Source of the DNA: Tricharina praecox
Taxonomy: Eukaryota
Direction: 5' to 3'
Length of the DNA stretch: 64,000 bases
Assembly (NCBI RefSeq): GCF_024521635.1
Contig: NW_026250406.1
Coordinates: 1,116,001 to 1,180,000 of the forward strand
Position numbers and translations under genes: made by a program. The stretch's first letter is position 1. Every line of letters begins with the position of its first letter. The notes beneath the pieces are model-generated. The model saw nothing but the letters and a program-made list of their open reading frames with translations. It was not told the origin of the DNA and made no database searches. Below, one piece after another: positions 13,501 through 27,449 of the stretch.

Positions 13501-15282
13501 CCGGGCAGGGCAGGGTACGTAGTAGGTACTACTAGTATTCCTAGGTTGGTCGGGAAAGCCAACTTGCAACGATCACCGGGAAGGATGGGATGGGGGATCA
13601 AATAGGGTTATTCCGGGATATCACTCCAGAAGCTGGTGGAGGATGTGGTGTCTCCAAGCCATGATCGATCTTCCCCCGTCCCTCCCCCTCCCTCCGTCCG
13701 CGAGGCGGTTTTTACTTACTTACTCGAGAGTCGATGCTATGCATAGGTGTTGCCCGGGGTGGAGGAGGGGAGGGGAGTCCTGCAAGATGCAAGCCACCAG
13801 AGATATCGGATATCGGGGCCGGACAGCTAATGCTGATGATGCTGGACCAGACGCCGGGGGGGGGGGGGAGGGGGGGGGGCTGAGGAATCCCAACCCAACC
13901 CAACTCAACCTCGGCCCAAACCGTTTGGTGAAACACCAGATTGAAATTACCTATGTACTCCAGGGTCGTGAGGGAAGAATGGAAAACAAAAAAAAGCATG
14001 TAAGATGTGAGTATGCGTTGTGAAGGGAACAACTCGATATTCTGTCTCGGAGATTTGTTTATGCGCTTGCCTTGCCTTGTTCCCTCTCAGAGGGGAACTG
14101 CCCTAACGAGATGAATGCAGCATGGATTGAAGCGATCTTGCGCTTACGTACAGGGTCGTGATGGTGATGGTGGTAATGGTCGTGGTGGTCGTGGCGGTCG
14201 TAGGTATACCGGTAGTTAGAAGTGAGGCGAAATGGGAGAGATCAACAATCAACAATAGATAATGGAGACGGCGAGCCATCATCGGAGCCCGGCCCACATC
14301 GGCTGTTTTTTTCCTTTTTTATTGTTGCTGAAGCAAGCGCGGAAGGAATGGAAAGCGGCACGAGACGAGAGACGAGACGATACGATCATAGAGTACATAG
14401 ACGAGATGAGAACGTGCTCCCCCGACATTTTTTATTTTATTTTCATTTTATTTCCGTGTATGTATGATGTAGAGCAGGTTTCGTGCTCTCGCGAAACCTA
14501 TGAAACGAAACGAACGAACCAGCGAAGGAAGGCAGGAAGGCAGGAAGGGGTCTTGGAGATTGGATTATGCTTGTAGGCTCGTGACCATCTCGCCGAACAA
14601 CGGGCGGCCGCAGAACTTCTTGCCCGAGTGCGTGAATGCGCCCCACCTCCCGCCCCCCGCCCCCCATGTGGGGAGAGGAAGGGAAAGGGAAACATCGTGC
14701 CTGATGTAGGTAACCGTCCCGCGAATCTGATTGCCGGGGGGGTTGGGGTTCCAGTGCCCGGGGGGGGCACCTCGTTCCCATAAAAATAAAAAATAAAAAA
14801 AGCCGCAAAGCAGAGACTAGAGTAGAGCGAAATGGTTAGGCGGTAAACGCGTATATGTAGGAGCCTGGAGCAGTAGGAGGAGGGTCTACCATACCTGGAG
14901 TACTTACCTGGTTCACCCCCAGACCCCCTCGGAGAAATGAGTTAAGTTAACGGAAGGAGCGACAGCATGGTCAAGGGCCCCCTCTGATCTCTGATCTCTG
15001 ATCTGGGGTTTCCGCCCTGCCCGCCCACTCGAAATCGAGAGCCGGGGGAGAAAGACCTGGCCTCTTTTTCGTGAAGTACCGTACAAACCTAGGCCGGTCA
15101 GAAGTCGCGATGAAAGCTCGTCTAAACCCCTGCGGTGGAAGCTCGCTAGAACCTCCCCCCCTCCCCTCCACTGTCCAGGCCGGGGGGGAGGCCGGGGGGG
15201 GAGGGGCTGGGGAGGGTATGCCTACCCTACCCTACCCTGCCCTGCCTGTCCTGCCCTGCTCGTAGCCGTGCTCCATCACATT

Positions 15283-15352
15283 CCACATCCCACATCCCAC
15301 ATCCCACATCCCACATCCCACATCCCACATCCCACATCCCACATCCCACATC
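15283..15352. repeat. (CCACATC)n 7-bp tandem repeat, ~10 copies
   Basis: Perfect 7-bp periodicity. Confidence 0.9.
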
Positions 15353-18300
15353 ACACACATCACAACAGCCGTCCGCTCGCCGTGACGATGATAGCTGGCC
15401 GGCATTATTATCGCCCAGTGCCCACAAGACAGAAAACGGTTTAACTGGGATGGGAACATGGTTTACTTAGTTATGGGGGTGGTGGGTAGGGTGGGGACAG
15501 GGCAGCTGCAGATGGAACCTCAACGCGTGCGACTTCTGTCTCTAGTACTCTTTCCACTCGCGCATAATGCGTGCTCGAATAGAGCACATCATACGCGGCG
15601 AAGGCCAGCAGTACGGTAACTAACCAAAGAGCGCCTTTTTTTTTGCAACGAGAAATGGTCGGTATTTGCTCTGCTAGTACTGCAGGCGGTCAACATTGAG
15701 CAACGTCGTTAACTAACCCGGTAACTAGCCTCGGCCCTTCGTATCGGAGCATGTAGGTACGTACATACGCCGTACGGAAGATGGAGTACATAGGGAGTAC
15801 ATAAATAAAATGTGCTGAGTACCCGTACATACGGATGTGGGTGGTGGTGAGGAGAGAAGAGGGCTTACGCATGAATCTCCGTGAATCAGGCTGTTTTCAC
15901 GGCGGCCAAAAATAGAAGCCCCAAGCTGGCTGCTGGGCTGCTGAACATTCAATGCCGTACTCTAGTTGATTAGCTCGTAACGGTATGTAAGCCCAACACG
16001 TCCGGTGTTTGGAGAGGTTGGTATGATAGAGCAGTAGTAGTAGTACCGGTAGTAGTAGTAGTATTAGTGATATTAGTATTAGTAGTAGTAGTAATTACCT
16101 AGAGCGGAGTAACTACTACTCTATGTATTGTACACTCACTCCACCTACCGTCTTCGACCGTCAGGAACCTCCGAGTCCGGCGCATTTCGCTCATCACTTT
16201 GCATACCGACTCTAGATACCGTGCATGGACGGTAATTATGACTACGGATTGCCATTCGGTCTCCACGAGGTCATGTGCGAAACGTCCAACAACATCTCAG
16301 ATTCTCAGTCCGCTTTCCATGAAGGAAGCTAGAGTAAAAAGGCTGTCTAGCATACCTAACTGCTATCGTAGGTAACCAATCGATTTTTTGACCTGAGTTG
16401 ATACGTCTAAATAACTTTCCCGAAGTTGTGATGAGTAACATTTCCCGCACTCACTCACCCCCCGCTCTACTCTGCTCTCGAAGGTGGACGCAACTGCTCT
16501 CACCCCCCACCCCTTCCAGTCCCCACGCCGAAACCCAGGAACTGCATCCTAGCTTTTGCTTATACGCCGCATCGCTTGAACATCGAGGGGGGATGGAGTA
16601 GGTAGGTAGGTACCGAGTGAGTAGTAGGGTCGGTACTTGGGTGGAGTTAGGTGGGTAGGCAAGTACCGTAGGTACACAGGCAATCTATGGTGCCGGTGTT
16701 CCGGTAATTCCACAGGCAACTCTGAGACTCTCGATTGAGCTTTTTTGGAGGGGGGAGGGGGGGGGGGGGGGCGGTCTGGAGCGCATTCGGCCAAGGCTAG
16801 GTACCGGACGAAAAGTACCAAACCGAGCGGTAGCCGGTATGATACTCTAGATAGTGCGCTTCCGAAGTCTCATCGTACGATGTGGGGGGAGCACTTCGTC
16901 GATTCGTCGACTCGGCATTCGTCAACTGGTGTATGTATGTAGTGGTGGTGCAAGCAGCATGCTCCCCCAACTTCTGTATGTATGATATGTGTATGTGTGT
17001 GTATGTGTATGTACGACGACTGGACTTTCCCCCCCAGTCTCCAGTCTCCAGTCTCCAGAACCGCCACATGTGTGCGTCCATGCTATTCTTCGCAGCGTCG
17101 GCGGCGGCGGGCCCCGGTCCTTGCTTGTGCGTGTCCCCTCCCTGCTCTCCCGCACGTCTCCTGGGGTTCCCTGTCGTGCCGTTGTTTATCGAAAACCCTG
17201 GCCATCCCTCCCTCCCTCCCCAGCTGACTACTGCTACTATGTAACTATTATTCCATGCCCCCCATCCAAGTACCCATCCCCCCCACATCTCCCGCGTCCA
17301 ACATAACTATACTATACCTATAGTATATAGTATGCTACACCATGTGCCGAGATGAGGGATGAGATGCTGATGATGATGGATGGACAGATGGATGGATGTC
17401 CAAAGCATAAATTGAATCAGGCAGAAGCCTGGGGAGGAGGAAGCTGAGAGATGGATGGTGGTTGTGGATCGGATACGTACGTAGGCACTAGTACCAGGGG
17501 GTTTGCAGCAGCTGCTTCAGATATTCGTGGCGTACTGTATACTCTGCTCTGGTACTAGTTAGGTATCATGGAGTAAGTATAGAGAACTGACCAGCGGGAT
17601 ATGTGTCCATGCCATCACGGTCAACACTCAAGACTCGACTTGAGACAGTAGTACAAGCCGTAAGCCGAAGTATTCTTCACATCCAGTTGTGTACGCGGGA
17701 CGAAAGCGAGAGAAAGCGCTCGAAGCCTCGACTGGTGGAACCATCCAACCCCATCCAACCCCCTCTGACACCGGGTGTGGGTTTTGTCTGTCCGTCGGAG
17801 TGCACCTGAGGCTGATTGCAGTTTGCATCCGTACCTGTGTATGCGCCATAAAGTGCTCATATCATATCCACACAGTCGTGAAGAGTAAACACACACGAAC
17901 GCGAACGAGCGAACGGTGCGCGGATAAAAAAAAACAACTTTGGATCGCGATGGGACCACACACCTTCACACCCACACACCCTCACATCGACGAGAACATC
18001 ATCTGCTGAGTAGAGTAGAGTAACTACTTCCTAGGTGGAGCGGAGTGGAGTGGAGTGGCTTCCCACTGGCGACGGTGTGGAGGCTCCCTCCCTCCCTCGC
18101 CTTCCTTCCCTTCTTCCAGGGATATTACATATGCACCACCCCATTCAATTGTGCGAACTGCGAACTGCCCTTGTAGGCATATTCTCCGATGTGGCTTGCT
18201 GATGTTCTAGGTATGTAACTTCTCGGATCGGTTACAGAGCAGGGAAAGGGGGAGGGGGGAGGCCGGGGAGTTCTCGACATCGTGGCTTCTGGAGCTGAGC

Positions 18301-21300
18301 CCTCCTCCGCTGCTGTAGGTAGATATATATATTATTAGTGCCGTGGAGGTTCTCTCGATGTAACTAAAAGCACGTACTTGAGGTCGGCAAATAATCGAAT
18401 CTACTAGTATTCTGCTCCGGATCCGACTATCCGGCCGCCCCCGACCGACCGCCCGACCGCCCCCCTGACCACATCCCGAGCCGCCGCCGCCGTCGAGACA
18501 GCGACAGAGTAGAGCAGAGTAACGACGTCGCATCGGCAAGTCGGCTCAGTGTAAGCCCGACATTCCAGCCTCTATGTGCCTAGGTGGCTACATATTTATC
18601 GGCTGGGCTGACTGACGTCTGGAATGGGGTCCGGTCCGTCGTTCACTAGTGAAGAGTGTACTACCTAGTAGTAGTAGTTAGCCCTTTGTTCGATATGTAG
18701 GATTTGGGGCTCGCCGAGATGTCGAGACTCGAGACTCGAGGCGAAAGCGGTGGTGGGCGGATTGATGTGCAAGAGCAAGAGCAAGAGTGACACGAGACCA
18801 TCTCCGCTCCTACATACGGAGGAAAGAAAGGTGGAGGAAGGTGCTCACTCACTCACTCTCACCCTTCGCCTAGGAAGAGCCTGGAGGTCCCGCTTGGGGG
18901 TTTGGGGTTCACCAAAGCCACAGCACGCTCCGTACCCAACGTGATGTTTCTGATGCGCATCGGTGTGTGTGGGGGGTGGGAAAACCGGGTGTACGGATAA
19001 CCTCAAGCCCAAGTTCCAACATTCTGGCAAGCTCATGATAGCCCATGATGTGTGGCTCATGATTGATTGACGGTCAACCGGTAGAGTACCGGTACGGTAC
19101 CGTACTCCAATTGGACGCAAGGGCGAGATACAGAGTGAGAGACAAACACCCCCCCTCCGCTTTCTCAGCAAAGCAGCACAGAGCAGAAGCCTTTTTTTTC
19201 CTTCTTCTTGTGTGGCGGTCGGTCAGGTCACGCTCCGATGGAACGATGGAGAGAAAGTTCTGCTTTGCAATGCAATGCAATCCCCCCTCCCCTCCACTGC
19301 ACTCCACCCACACGCAACTGCAACCCACGCAACTCACGAGGGGGCCAGCCGATGCCTTGGTAGAGTATGTAGAGTACCGTACTCTAGATACCCCAAAGAG
19401 AGTGTCATACCCAGTCAACCCCAACCCACGCATTCAACCGTCCCCCACGCCTCCGCCTTCGTCGTCGCCGCCTGCACCGGCGATTCCCCTTAATCTCTCC
19501 CTCTCTCTCACGTAGGTTGATATTTGCTATTTTCGGAAGGCTTTTTCTTTGCTTTCTCTCTCCTTCGATTCGATGCGCAAGAGGCTAGGTAGAGAGGCGA
19601 AAGGAGAAAGAGAAAGAGAAAGAAAGAAAAAACATCGCAGAAGCTCGTCTGGATGGAAGGATGATATCACAATCAGGGAGGCGGTAGGGAGCACGCATAC
19701 CGTATACGCACACACCGAGCAGAGTAGCATAGAAACCAAAGCTTCAATGAGAAAGAAAAGGAAAGAAAGAGAGAGGGCTGGTTGCATCTGCATCCATCTG
19801 CATCATCTGCATCTGCTCCTCGATGGTTGATGATTGATGGTTGATGGTTGGTCGTTCCGGTAGGTAGAAACAGAGCGCCCCCAACCCAACGGTGGATCAT
19901 TTACGCCGTCGACCGACCACCACCACCACCTTCCTCCCCTTGTCAGGCGCGGCCAAGTTTTCCGAACATTTGCCCCCTGCCCTTTCCCCTTCCCTTCTCA
20001 CCCTCGCCCTCAACCCTCATCCTCCTCCTCGCCTGCGAACAGACGATCCGATGATATCGATGATGCTTACGCTGAGGATGACGATGCTGGTGCTGGTGCT
20101 GGTGGGAGTGGCTGTGGCTGTGAATGATGTGTTTTGTGGGGTTTGCCCCCATCCCCCTCCCCCCGCCCCGTGTCGTCTTCTGTTCCATCCGAGCCACTCG
20201 GGGGCCGCGGCCCAAAGGTTGGGTAGCCCAACTCAACTCAAATCGCCCTTCGAACACCCTTTACCTTCGCCTTCGCCTACACACATACATACGAGCTCAA
20301 TTCACTGGTTGGTCTCACGAGGCCGGCCAATCAGATGCCATCTGTAGACGAGTGGAGTGGAGCATGTAGACGCAGTGACGCACAGCTGCTGTGTGCTCTA
20401 CATAACTAACTCTAGTGTGCGGTAGTTGGATCAGCGAACGGACCTAAGGAACACGACGACGATGGTTCGAGAAGGGGGTCGTTTCTTTCTTTAGAATTAT
20501 CCGGTGGGCTAAGGGCTTCGTACTCTGCAAGTGCTCATCGATCCAGCACATGTAACTGACTATCCATTTGTAAAGTACCGGTACTTACTAGAGTCCTGTA
20601 GACGTGCTGAGGTGTGCCGTGGAGTGCGCATTGGGCATTTTGCGTGAGGAATATTTTTATGAGTCGATAATATACGGTACTCGAGAGTGTCGATCCTCCG
20701 GTTCCCGTGCTGGTTGTCATTTGCAGTTTAGCTGATTGAAGCTCCGATGAGACGTCGGAAGGATAGTGTCGTGGGGTGGACGGGGGTGGATGGGTGGGTA
20801 GAAGGGGGGAGGGGGGGGCTACGTAGGTAGGATGGTGTCGTGATTCGTGAGCGTCGCATCACGCATCCACCCACCTTCCATCCACCACCATCCACCATCC
20901 GTCCATTCATCGGCAACAGTGCTCCTGGTGGAGGGTGTTCGGGTGGGATTTGGTGGAGGTGGTGGAGGTGGTGGTGGTGGTGGTGGTGGTGGTGGTGTGG
21001 GGCAGAAAGGAGAAAAAAGCGATTAGAAAACATTTGTCGCCCCGATCGGGCAAGGCGGCGAATCTGTATCGCTTCGGAGAGCCAAAGTGAGCTATACTCA
21101 TCCGAACGAGCGTGAAAAAAAAGTCGTCGTCGTCCTTCGTTCTTCGTCTTTCGTCTTCGGCTGGTCGGACGGGGCAGACGAGGAGAGCGGGTCCACCTTC
21201 CCACTCGCTGGCGAGTCGCTGCTGCTCGTCGACGTCCAACACCACCATCACTTCCGCCAGCCAGCCAGCCAGCCAGCAATGTCGGCGTCAGGCCGGCTGC

Positions 21301-22417
21301 GCGAGGAGAATCAAGATAGGTACGCATTCGCACTAGCTGGCGTAGGGAGAGCAGCTAAAGTGGTCCATACGAGCAGAAGTCGTCAGCACAGCGGCCGGAA
21401 CTCACCGATGCGCAAGCAAGTCAGAGGTCGGAGTTAGAGAGAGGCTGGCTGAGGAGAACGAACGCAGATTACACAGCGCCAAAACCAAAAGAAGTTGACT
21501 CCGACTCTCGGGAGAGGAGAGGGGGGTGGAGGGAGTTTGAGAGAGAGTGGAAGCTGGAAGAATCACTGCTAGTTTGAGTAGAGTAGAGCGGAGCGTCTGG
21601 CGTGAGCAGCGGCGGAGCTTCGGGAAAGTCTCCTCTAGGTCGTCGTCGTCGTTTCTCGTTTCTCCTCGAGTCTAGACACTCCTCCATGTGTAATTGTCGC
21701 GATCGGAGAAGGATCTATGGTCCGGCGGGGCGGGCGGGGCAGGGCGGGCGCAACAGCACTCTGACCGGCTCTTTCGGAGCCCTCCGTCGTGTCGTTGAGC
21801 GAGTCGTCGTGTGAAGAACGAACGAACGAGCGATTGAACCCCCCCCCCCCGCCCAAAGCCACGATGAAAGATAGAGAGAGCATCGATTGAGCCCTTGACG
21901 TTTCGCTTGGTGCCGACCGACCCTGCCAGATGATACACCGCCAACCAGCCTTCTGATCGAGCCCTTCCCTTCCCTTCCCCTCGTCCCGAACTCCATCCCC
22001 TCGTCGTGTGTCCCTTGATCCTGTTCCCTGCTCCCGCCTACCGCTGCGTGCCTGCGTGCCTGCCTGCCTGTCTACTGGCCTGCCCTCGAAACCCTCCCTC
22101 CCATCCCTCCCTCGCTCCCTCGCTCCAACACATGCGCGATGCATCCATCATTTTTGGTGTCTCAGCACGCACGCGTAACCCTGGCCGCACCCTCCACCCT
22201 CCACCCTCCGCCACATCGTGATGAGTGAGGACGGGGTCGTAGCGATTGCCGGCGTGGTCGTATCGCGATTGACTTCCTCCGAGCCAGGGAAGGCGAAAGG
22301 AAGGGAGGGGAGGAGGAGGTATTCAACCTTTGGATCGGGCACTTTTGGTATGTACTACGGTACTCTAGATACTGCGTACAAACGAAGCCCCCGCCGTCTC
22401 CAGATCATCGAGAAGGA

Positions 22418-22418
22418 G

Positions 22419-22498
<80 letters not shown>

Positions 22499-22500
22499 CC
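22418..22500. repeat. (GCCT)n microsatellite, ~20 copies
   Basis: Direct inspection. Confidence 0.95.
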
Positions 22501-25500
22501 CTTGCCTGCCTCGATCACCACCACCACCACCACCCCCACCCCCAGTCACGATTGCTCCCGCCGGTCGATCTTGCAGAAGAACCCATCCAACACCACCACC
22601 ACCACCACCACCACCACCACCACCACCACCATCCACCCCTCCCTCGAACCCTTCCCTTTCATCCCATCTGGTTTGTTCCTGCACGAAAAGAAAGAACGAA
22701 CGAAAGGCGAAAGAAAAAGAAAAAACTAAAAAACCCTAAAAAACCCTAAAAAAAACTCAATAGAGCAGTAACCGAACCTGGAAGAAAAAAGAAAACCAGC
22801 ATCGCAAAGAAGACCGCAGGCCGCAGGCCGCAAGCTTCCTCGCCCAATCCTCAACTCAACTCCCCATCCGCATCCGCATCCCACGTTGCGCGCGACACCG
22901 CACACTACTTCTGACGGGGGGTTTCTGTCTGCTTACTTACCGTACTTACATCTCCAACAGCCGGTTCCTGAATGCGAACCTTATTATGTTGCTATTGCTA
23001 AATATTGCTAAATATTGCTAGATATTGCTATTGATATCCGGATTCGTTTCTGAATTGTATAAATGGCTTAACTAAGAAAAGTGACGTCCGTCCACATTGA
23101 CAGCAGTTGCCCCCCGCCCCTGCTCCTTTTCGCGTTTAACCCGCAAAAGGGTAAGATTGCCTCGATCCGGTTGGTCCTGTCTGGTCTGGCTGGTCGTCGG
23201 CGGCGGCCTTCCTCCAGCCATCCAGCCATCCACACGGAGGGAGGGAGGCGGTGCCTCGTAGGTAACCGCGGCTTTACGCCTCGGAGTCATCCCAATAGAC
23301 ACTTTACTCTACATATTCGATATCACATCACATCACATTACCTTCCGTACTTCCGCACGTAGGTATGCGTATCTCCGACGCACAGCACAACTGATAGATT
23401 AAAAAAATCTCTGTGCAAGCAAAGCGAGCAAGCAGGCAAGCTCAAAGATGTGGTGTGTGGGGTGAGGGGATGGGGAGGAGTTGCTCACAGCCCAGCCCAG
23501 CCCAGCCCGCTCCGACAAACCCAGCGTCTCGAGCCGGCAACTCGCATCTATGATCTATCTGCAGAGCGAGAGGTATGCGTGGAGTATGTAGAGTAGGAAG
23601 CACCAAGCACCAAGCACCAAGCACCAACCGTCCCATCTGCTCACGGAGTCACGGTGGTGGCGCGTAATATCAACATTAATAACCCACTTCTGTTTCAGAG
23701 AAGCGCCCAGTTGGACGGGTTGTGTTTTTTCCCGTCACATATGATATATGTATTCTCGTTTTTACCCTTTATCTGTCTGTCTGTCTGTCTCCACCCTCCG
23801 ATTCGATATCGAAATCGTGATATCTCAGCAGCTGGTTGGTTGGCTAACTCGTTGGCTGGTGGTGGTGGGCTGCGTTGGGTTGGATGATCGGTTGGATGAT
23901 CGGTCTGGTCGGTTTGATTGATCGAGTGCACAATCGTTGTGTAGAGTAGGCACGGTATCTACAGTACTCCACTCTGCGTACGGACACGGGGTTTCCTCTC
24001 GTCTGCCGTGTGTCGAGTACTCTACTGTGGTAGTTATCGCCGTCCTTCGCGAAGACTGAAGTTGACAGGCAGGCAAAAGCAGACCAGCAAGCCAGCCAGC
24101 CAGCAAGCTCGAGCTCTACTCCGATATCGATATCGATATCGATTGACGTCCAAGGGTTCGTTCGCTGACCTGGTACCGTATGTTTACTTCTTTCCCCCTA
24201 GTTCTCTTACCCTGCGATGATATCCCCTCCCCTCCCCCCTCCCCCCCGGCTGCCTGCTAGCGACCGTTATCCCATCTCTCTTCGCTTCCCGCGTCTGCTG
24301 CTGCTTCTGCTGCTGCTGCTGCTGCTGTGAGGTGCCCTTGAAGTTTAATATTCCATGTCCGCCGCCGCGCAGCTGAGGGAGACGGGGCCAGTCGCTCGCG
24401 AGATCGACTCGTCGATAGATCGTCCTCGTGTTTTTTTTGTTTTGTTTTGTTTGCACACTCGCCGCTCGCTCAGCCGTGTTATGTAGAGTATGATAGTAGT
24501 GACTTCGCGAGTCGCGAGTGCTGTTTGCGTCCACCGAGCCAGCCAGTCAACCGGCCAGCCAGATACACACGGGGCTAAGCAAGTTATGCGTAGGTAAGTC
24601 CGTGGGATCCCTCCGTGGGGGGACCGACTCGGGGAGGGTGGGGAAGGAAAGGCTGTTTTCCACCGTTCACATTTTTTTCTCTATGTTCCGTCCCTTCTTC
24701 GAGTGATTTTTCTTTTCTTTCTTTTTTCTTTTTCTTGTTTTTCTTCCGGTTTGCTTGCTTGCTTTGCTTTGCTTGCGGGCTTTTTTCATGTGTATTTCTT
24801 TTGCACCGCAGGGTAGCTGGCCGGATCTTCCTGAAACCGCCCAATAATTGCTTGCGCTTGCACTTGCACTCCGACGAGCCCACCGCTCGCTCACCGCACA
24901 TCGTACACCGCTCACCGCATACTGAACTCTGAACACGGGCGTGTCGGCAACGAGCGAGGGCTCACGTTGTTCGTATGAAGAGTAGAGTCACCGCTCATCG
25001 AGTGAGGGTGGTGGTGGTGGTGGGACGTCAGTGCTAGTAGTAGTAATGGTGGTGGTGGTGGAGGTGGTGATGCAGGTGTTTTTTTTTCCTTCAGAGTGTG
25101 GTGGAGGAGGGGGAGGAGGCAGTGGAGCGCCTCTGCTCCACCGGGCACCCTCCCGGGCTGCATCACTATGATACCAGCTTGGACCGGATCAACGCGTCGT
25201 ATTGTGGCCGTGTCGTTGGCTCGGCTTCTGCTCTGTGATCAGCAGCAACAGTGATCAGTGATATTCTTTGCGCTTCGCCGCCGCCGACTTTGCCGGTGCC
25301 GTCGCGCGTCTTTTCGGCGCCTTCCTCCGAGCATTTTTCACTTTTCTTTTTTTCCTCCCTCTAGATATCACCAGCCCCTCTCCGCTTGTTTGCGCTCCAC
25401 TATTGCTCCGCACCGTTCCGTCCCTTCGTTCGCCCGCTCACCTTGCTCATCTCCCGAAGAGCTCCACTCAAACTCTCCGCGTGCCGATATCTCTGTGGTG

Positions 25501-26027
25501 TCCTTCTGCTTGGCCGACGCTCGCTGCATGTTCATGCGCCTGCGCCTCTCGTCGGTGTTATATCGAATGACTCTGGAACCGACTTGACTCGAGTCATTGT
25601 CACACACCTCGCGCCATCGCTACTAGTGAAAAAAAAGACCCGAGGCATCGACGAGGACGAAGGAGAAGAGGAAGAAACAGAAACAGAAAAGAAGAGAAAA
25701 AGAAGGAGAAGAGAAGCCAAAGTCGAATTCGGGCCTCAAGTGTTCCGGCCATTCCAGATACCCATATACCTGCTGTAGGTATAGAGAGTATCGAGCTGTC
25801 TACCAGGTAAGCCGGTACCGTAGGGTGTCTCCGACAACCGTTTTCATCTCTCCCATCCCTCCATCGATCCCTCCCTCCATCGATCCCTCCCTCCATCAAC
25901 ATCATCATCAGCCATCAGCCATCTTTCCAGCCAGCCCATCCGCCCGGGCTCTCCTTCCCTTCCCTTCCTTCGAGTTGTGCTACGCCTCCCCAACCACGCG
26001 AGCGAAATAGATCGCGACACCCCTACG

Positions 26028-26081
26028 CAAGCACAAGCACAAGCACAAGCACAAGCACAAGCACAAGCACAAGCACAAGCA
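26028..26081. repeat. (CAAGCA)n hexamer repeat, ~9 copies
   Basis: Direct inspection. Confidence 0.9.
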
Positions 26082-27449
26082 GCAGCCAGCCATCCAGCCA
26101 GCCCCAGCAGCCCGCACCACGCACCCTTCTTTTCTTCTTCTTCCGTTGGTTGCTGTCTCTGTTTTTTTTGTTTTTGTTTTGTCTCGGTGTCTGTTTTCCA
26201 GATCTGCTCCAGTCGCGCGCTGCCAGTGGCCGCGTCCTGCCTCCATCATCTCGCTCTCTCGTTCCCAAGCCGTAGCAACGTAGCCGGCCAGCCAGTCGGG
26301 CCGTGTTGTGGTCCATTAGCAGAATCTCTCGTTTGCTGCGAACCAATCGTTTCAGCCGACTTGGTGTCTCCGTATTCGATCCGCCACCAACATCGACGCC
26401 ACCAAACCGTTTTCCGTCGTCGTCGTCTTTTTTTGTGGTCCCAATTCTTTTTTTTCTTACTTTTTTTTCTTTTCGAAAAGAAATAAAAAAAGAACAACCG
26501 CCATTTACATTTTACTCGACTCATGTTTTGTATTTTTGATTGTTGTTATTAATCTATTCTGGAAAAGCTCTTAGTGCGCCATCCTTACTCGATTCGCGGC
26601 GGCACCAGTAGCAGAAGGGCAGCTGCAACGACCGGCATCATCATCGGCGCCATCCCCCCCCTCCACCCCCCTTCCCTCCCTCACTGTAGTATTTCCTCAA
26701 CCCAAACTTCCCTCCTCCTTCCCTTCCCTTCCTTACAACTGCTTACCCACCCCTCTCCCCCTCGAGCCTCCTCCCATCCCCCTCGCGAGACCAGGCTACA
26801 CATCCCCTCCCCACCCCCCAAATCCCATCCCAAACCCGCCCGCCCGTCCGTACACCCTTACCTCAACCCTCGCCTTTAAACATCCTCTCCCACAGGATCT
26901 CACTGGGAAAAGAAAGAAAGAAAGAGGCAGATCACGCCCCCCCCGTCGTCCCCGCTTCGACCATATCCATCTATTAACTGGTGTTGCCCATTCGTCTGCA
27001 ACAACAACCTCGTCGTCGTCTGCAGTGCATCTCAGCTACTAGGCGAAAATTTCGATAATATTTGCCCATAGCGAACCGCAGCCAGCCAGCCAGCCCTGAC
27101 CCAGTCTCTCCCTGCTCGCTCACTCACTCACTCCCTCACTCACGCACTCAGCCCATCCCAGCCCATTCCCGCTGCCCTGCCCTCCCGCACATCTGTACCT
27201 TACTACTACCGCTGCTGCCCTCCTCCTCCCACTGCTCCCACTCAACCTCCGCTACCCTCCACAACATCTACCACACACACCCCCCCTCCATCCTACCACA
27301 CATCGTACACCCACCTACACCACCCACCACCACCACCACCACCACTACAACCAGAACAACCCTCCCCCCCTCCCCCACACCCCCAGTCCACTTCCCAACC
27401 CCCGTCACTTCCGCTCCCGGGTCCACTCCAGAGAAAAAAAGCCACTCCG

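Noticed and set aside
12596..16771. Long G homopolymers (12596, 13856, 16748) as functional G-quadruplexes
   Set aside because: Such tracts occur throughout the intergenic DNA on both strands; nothing supports a specific function.
22725..22756. AAACCCTAA pair resembling telomeric repeats
   Set aside because: Only two units embedded in A-runs; not a (CCCTAA)n array.
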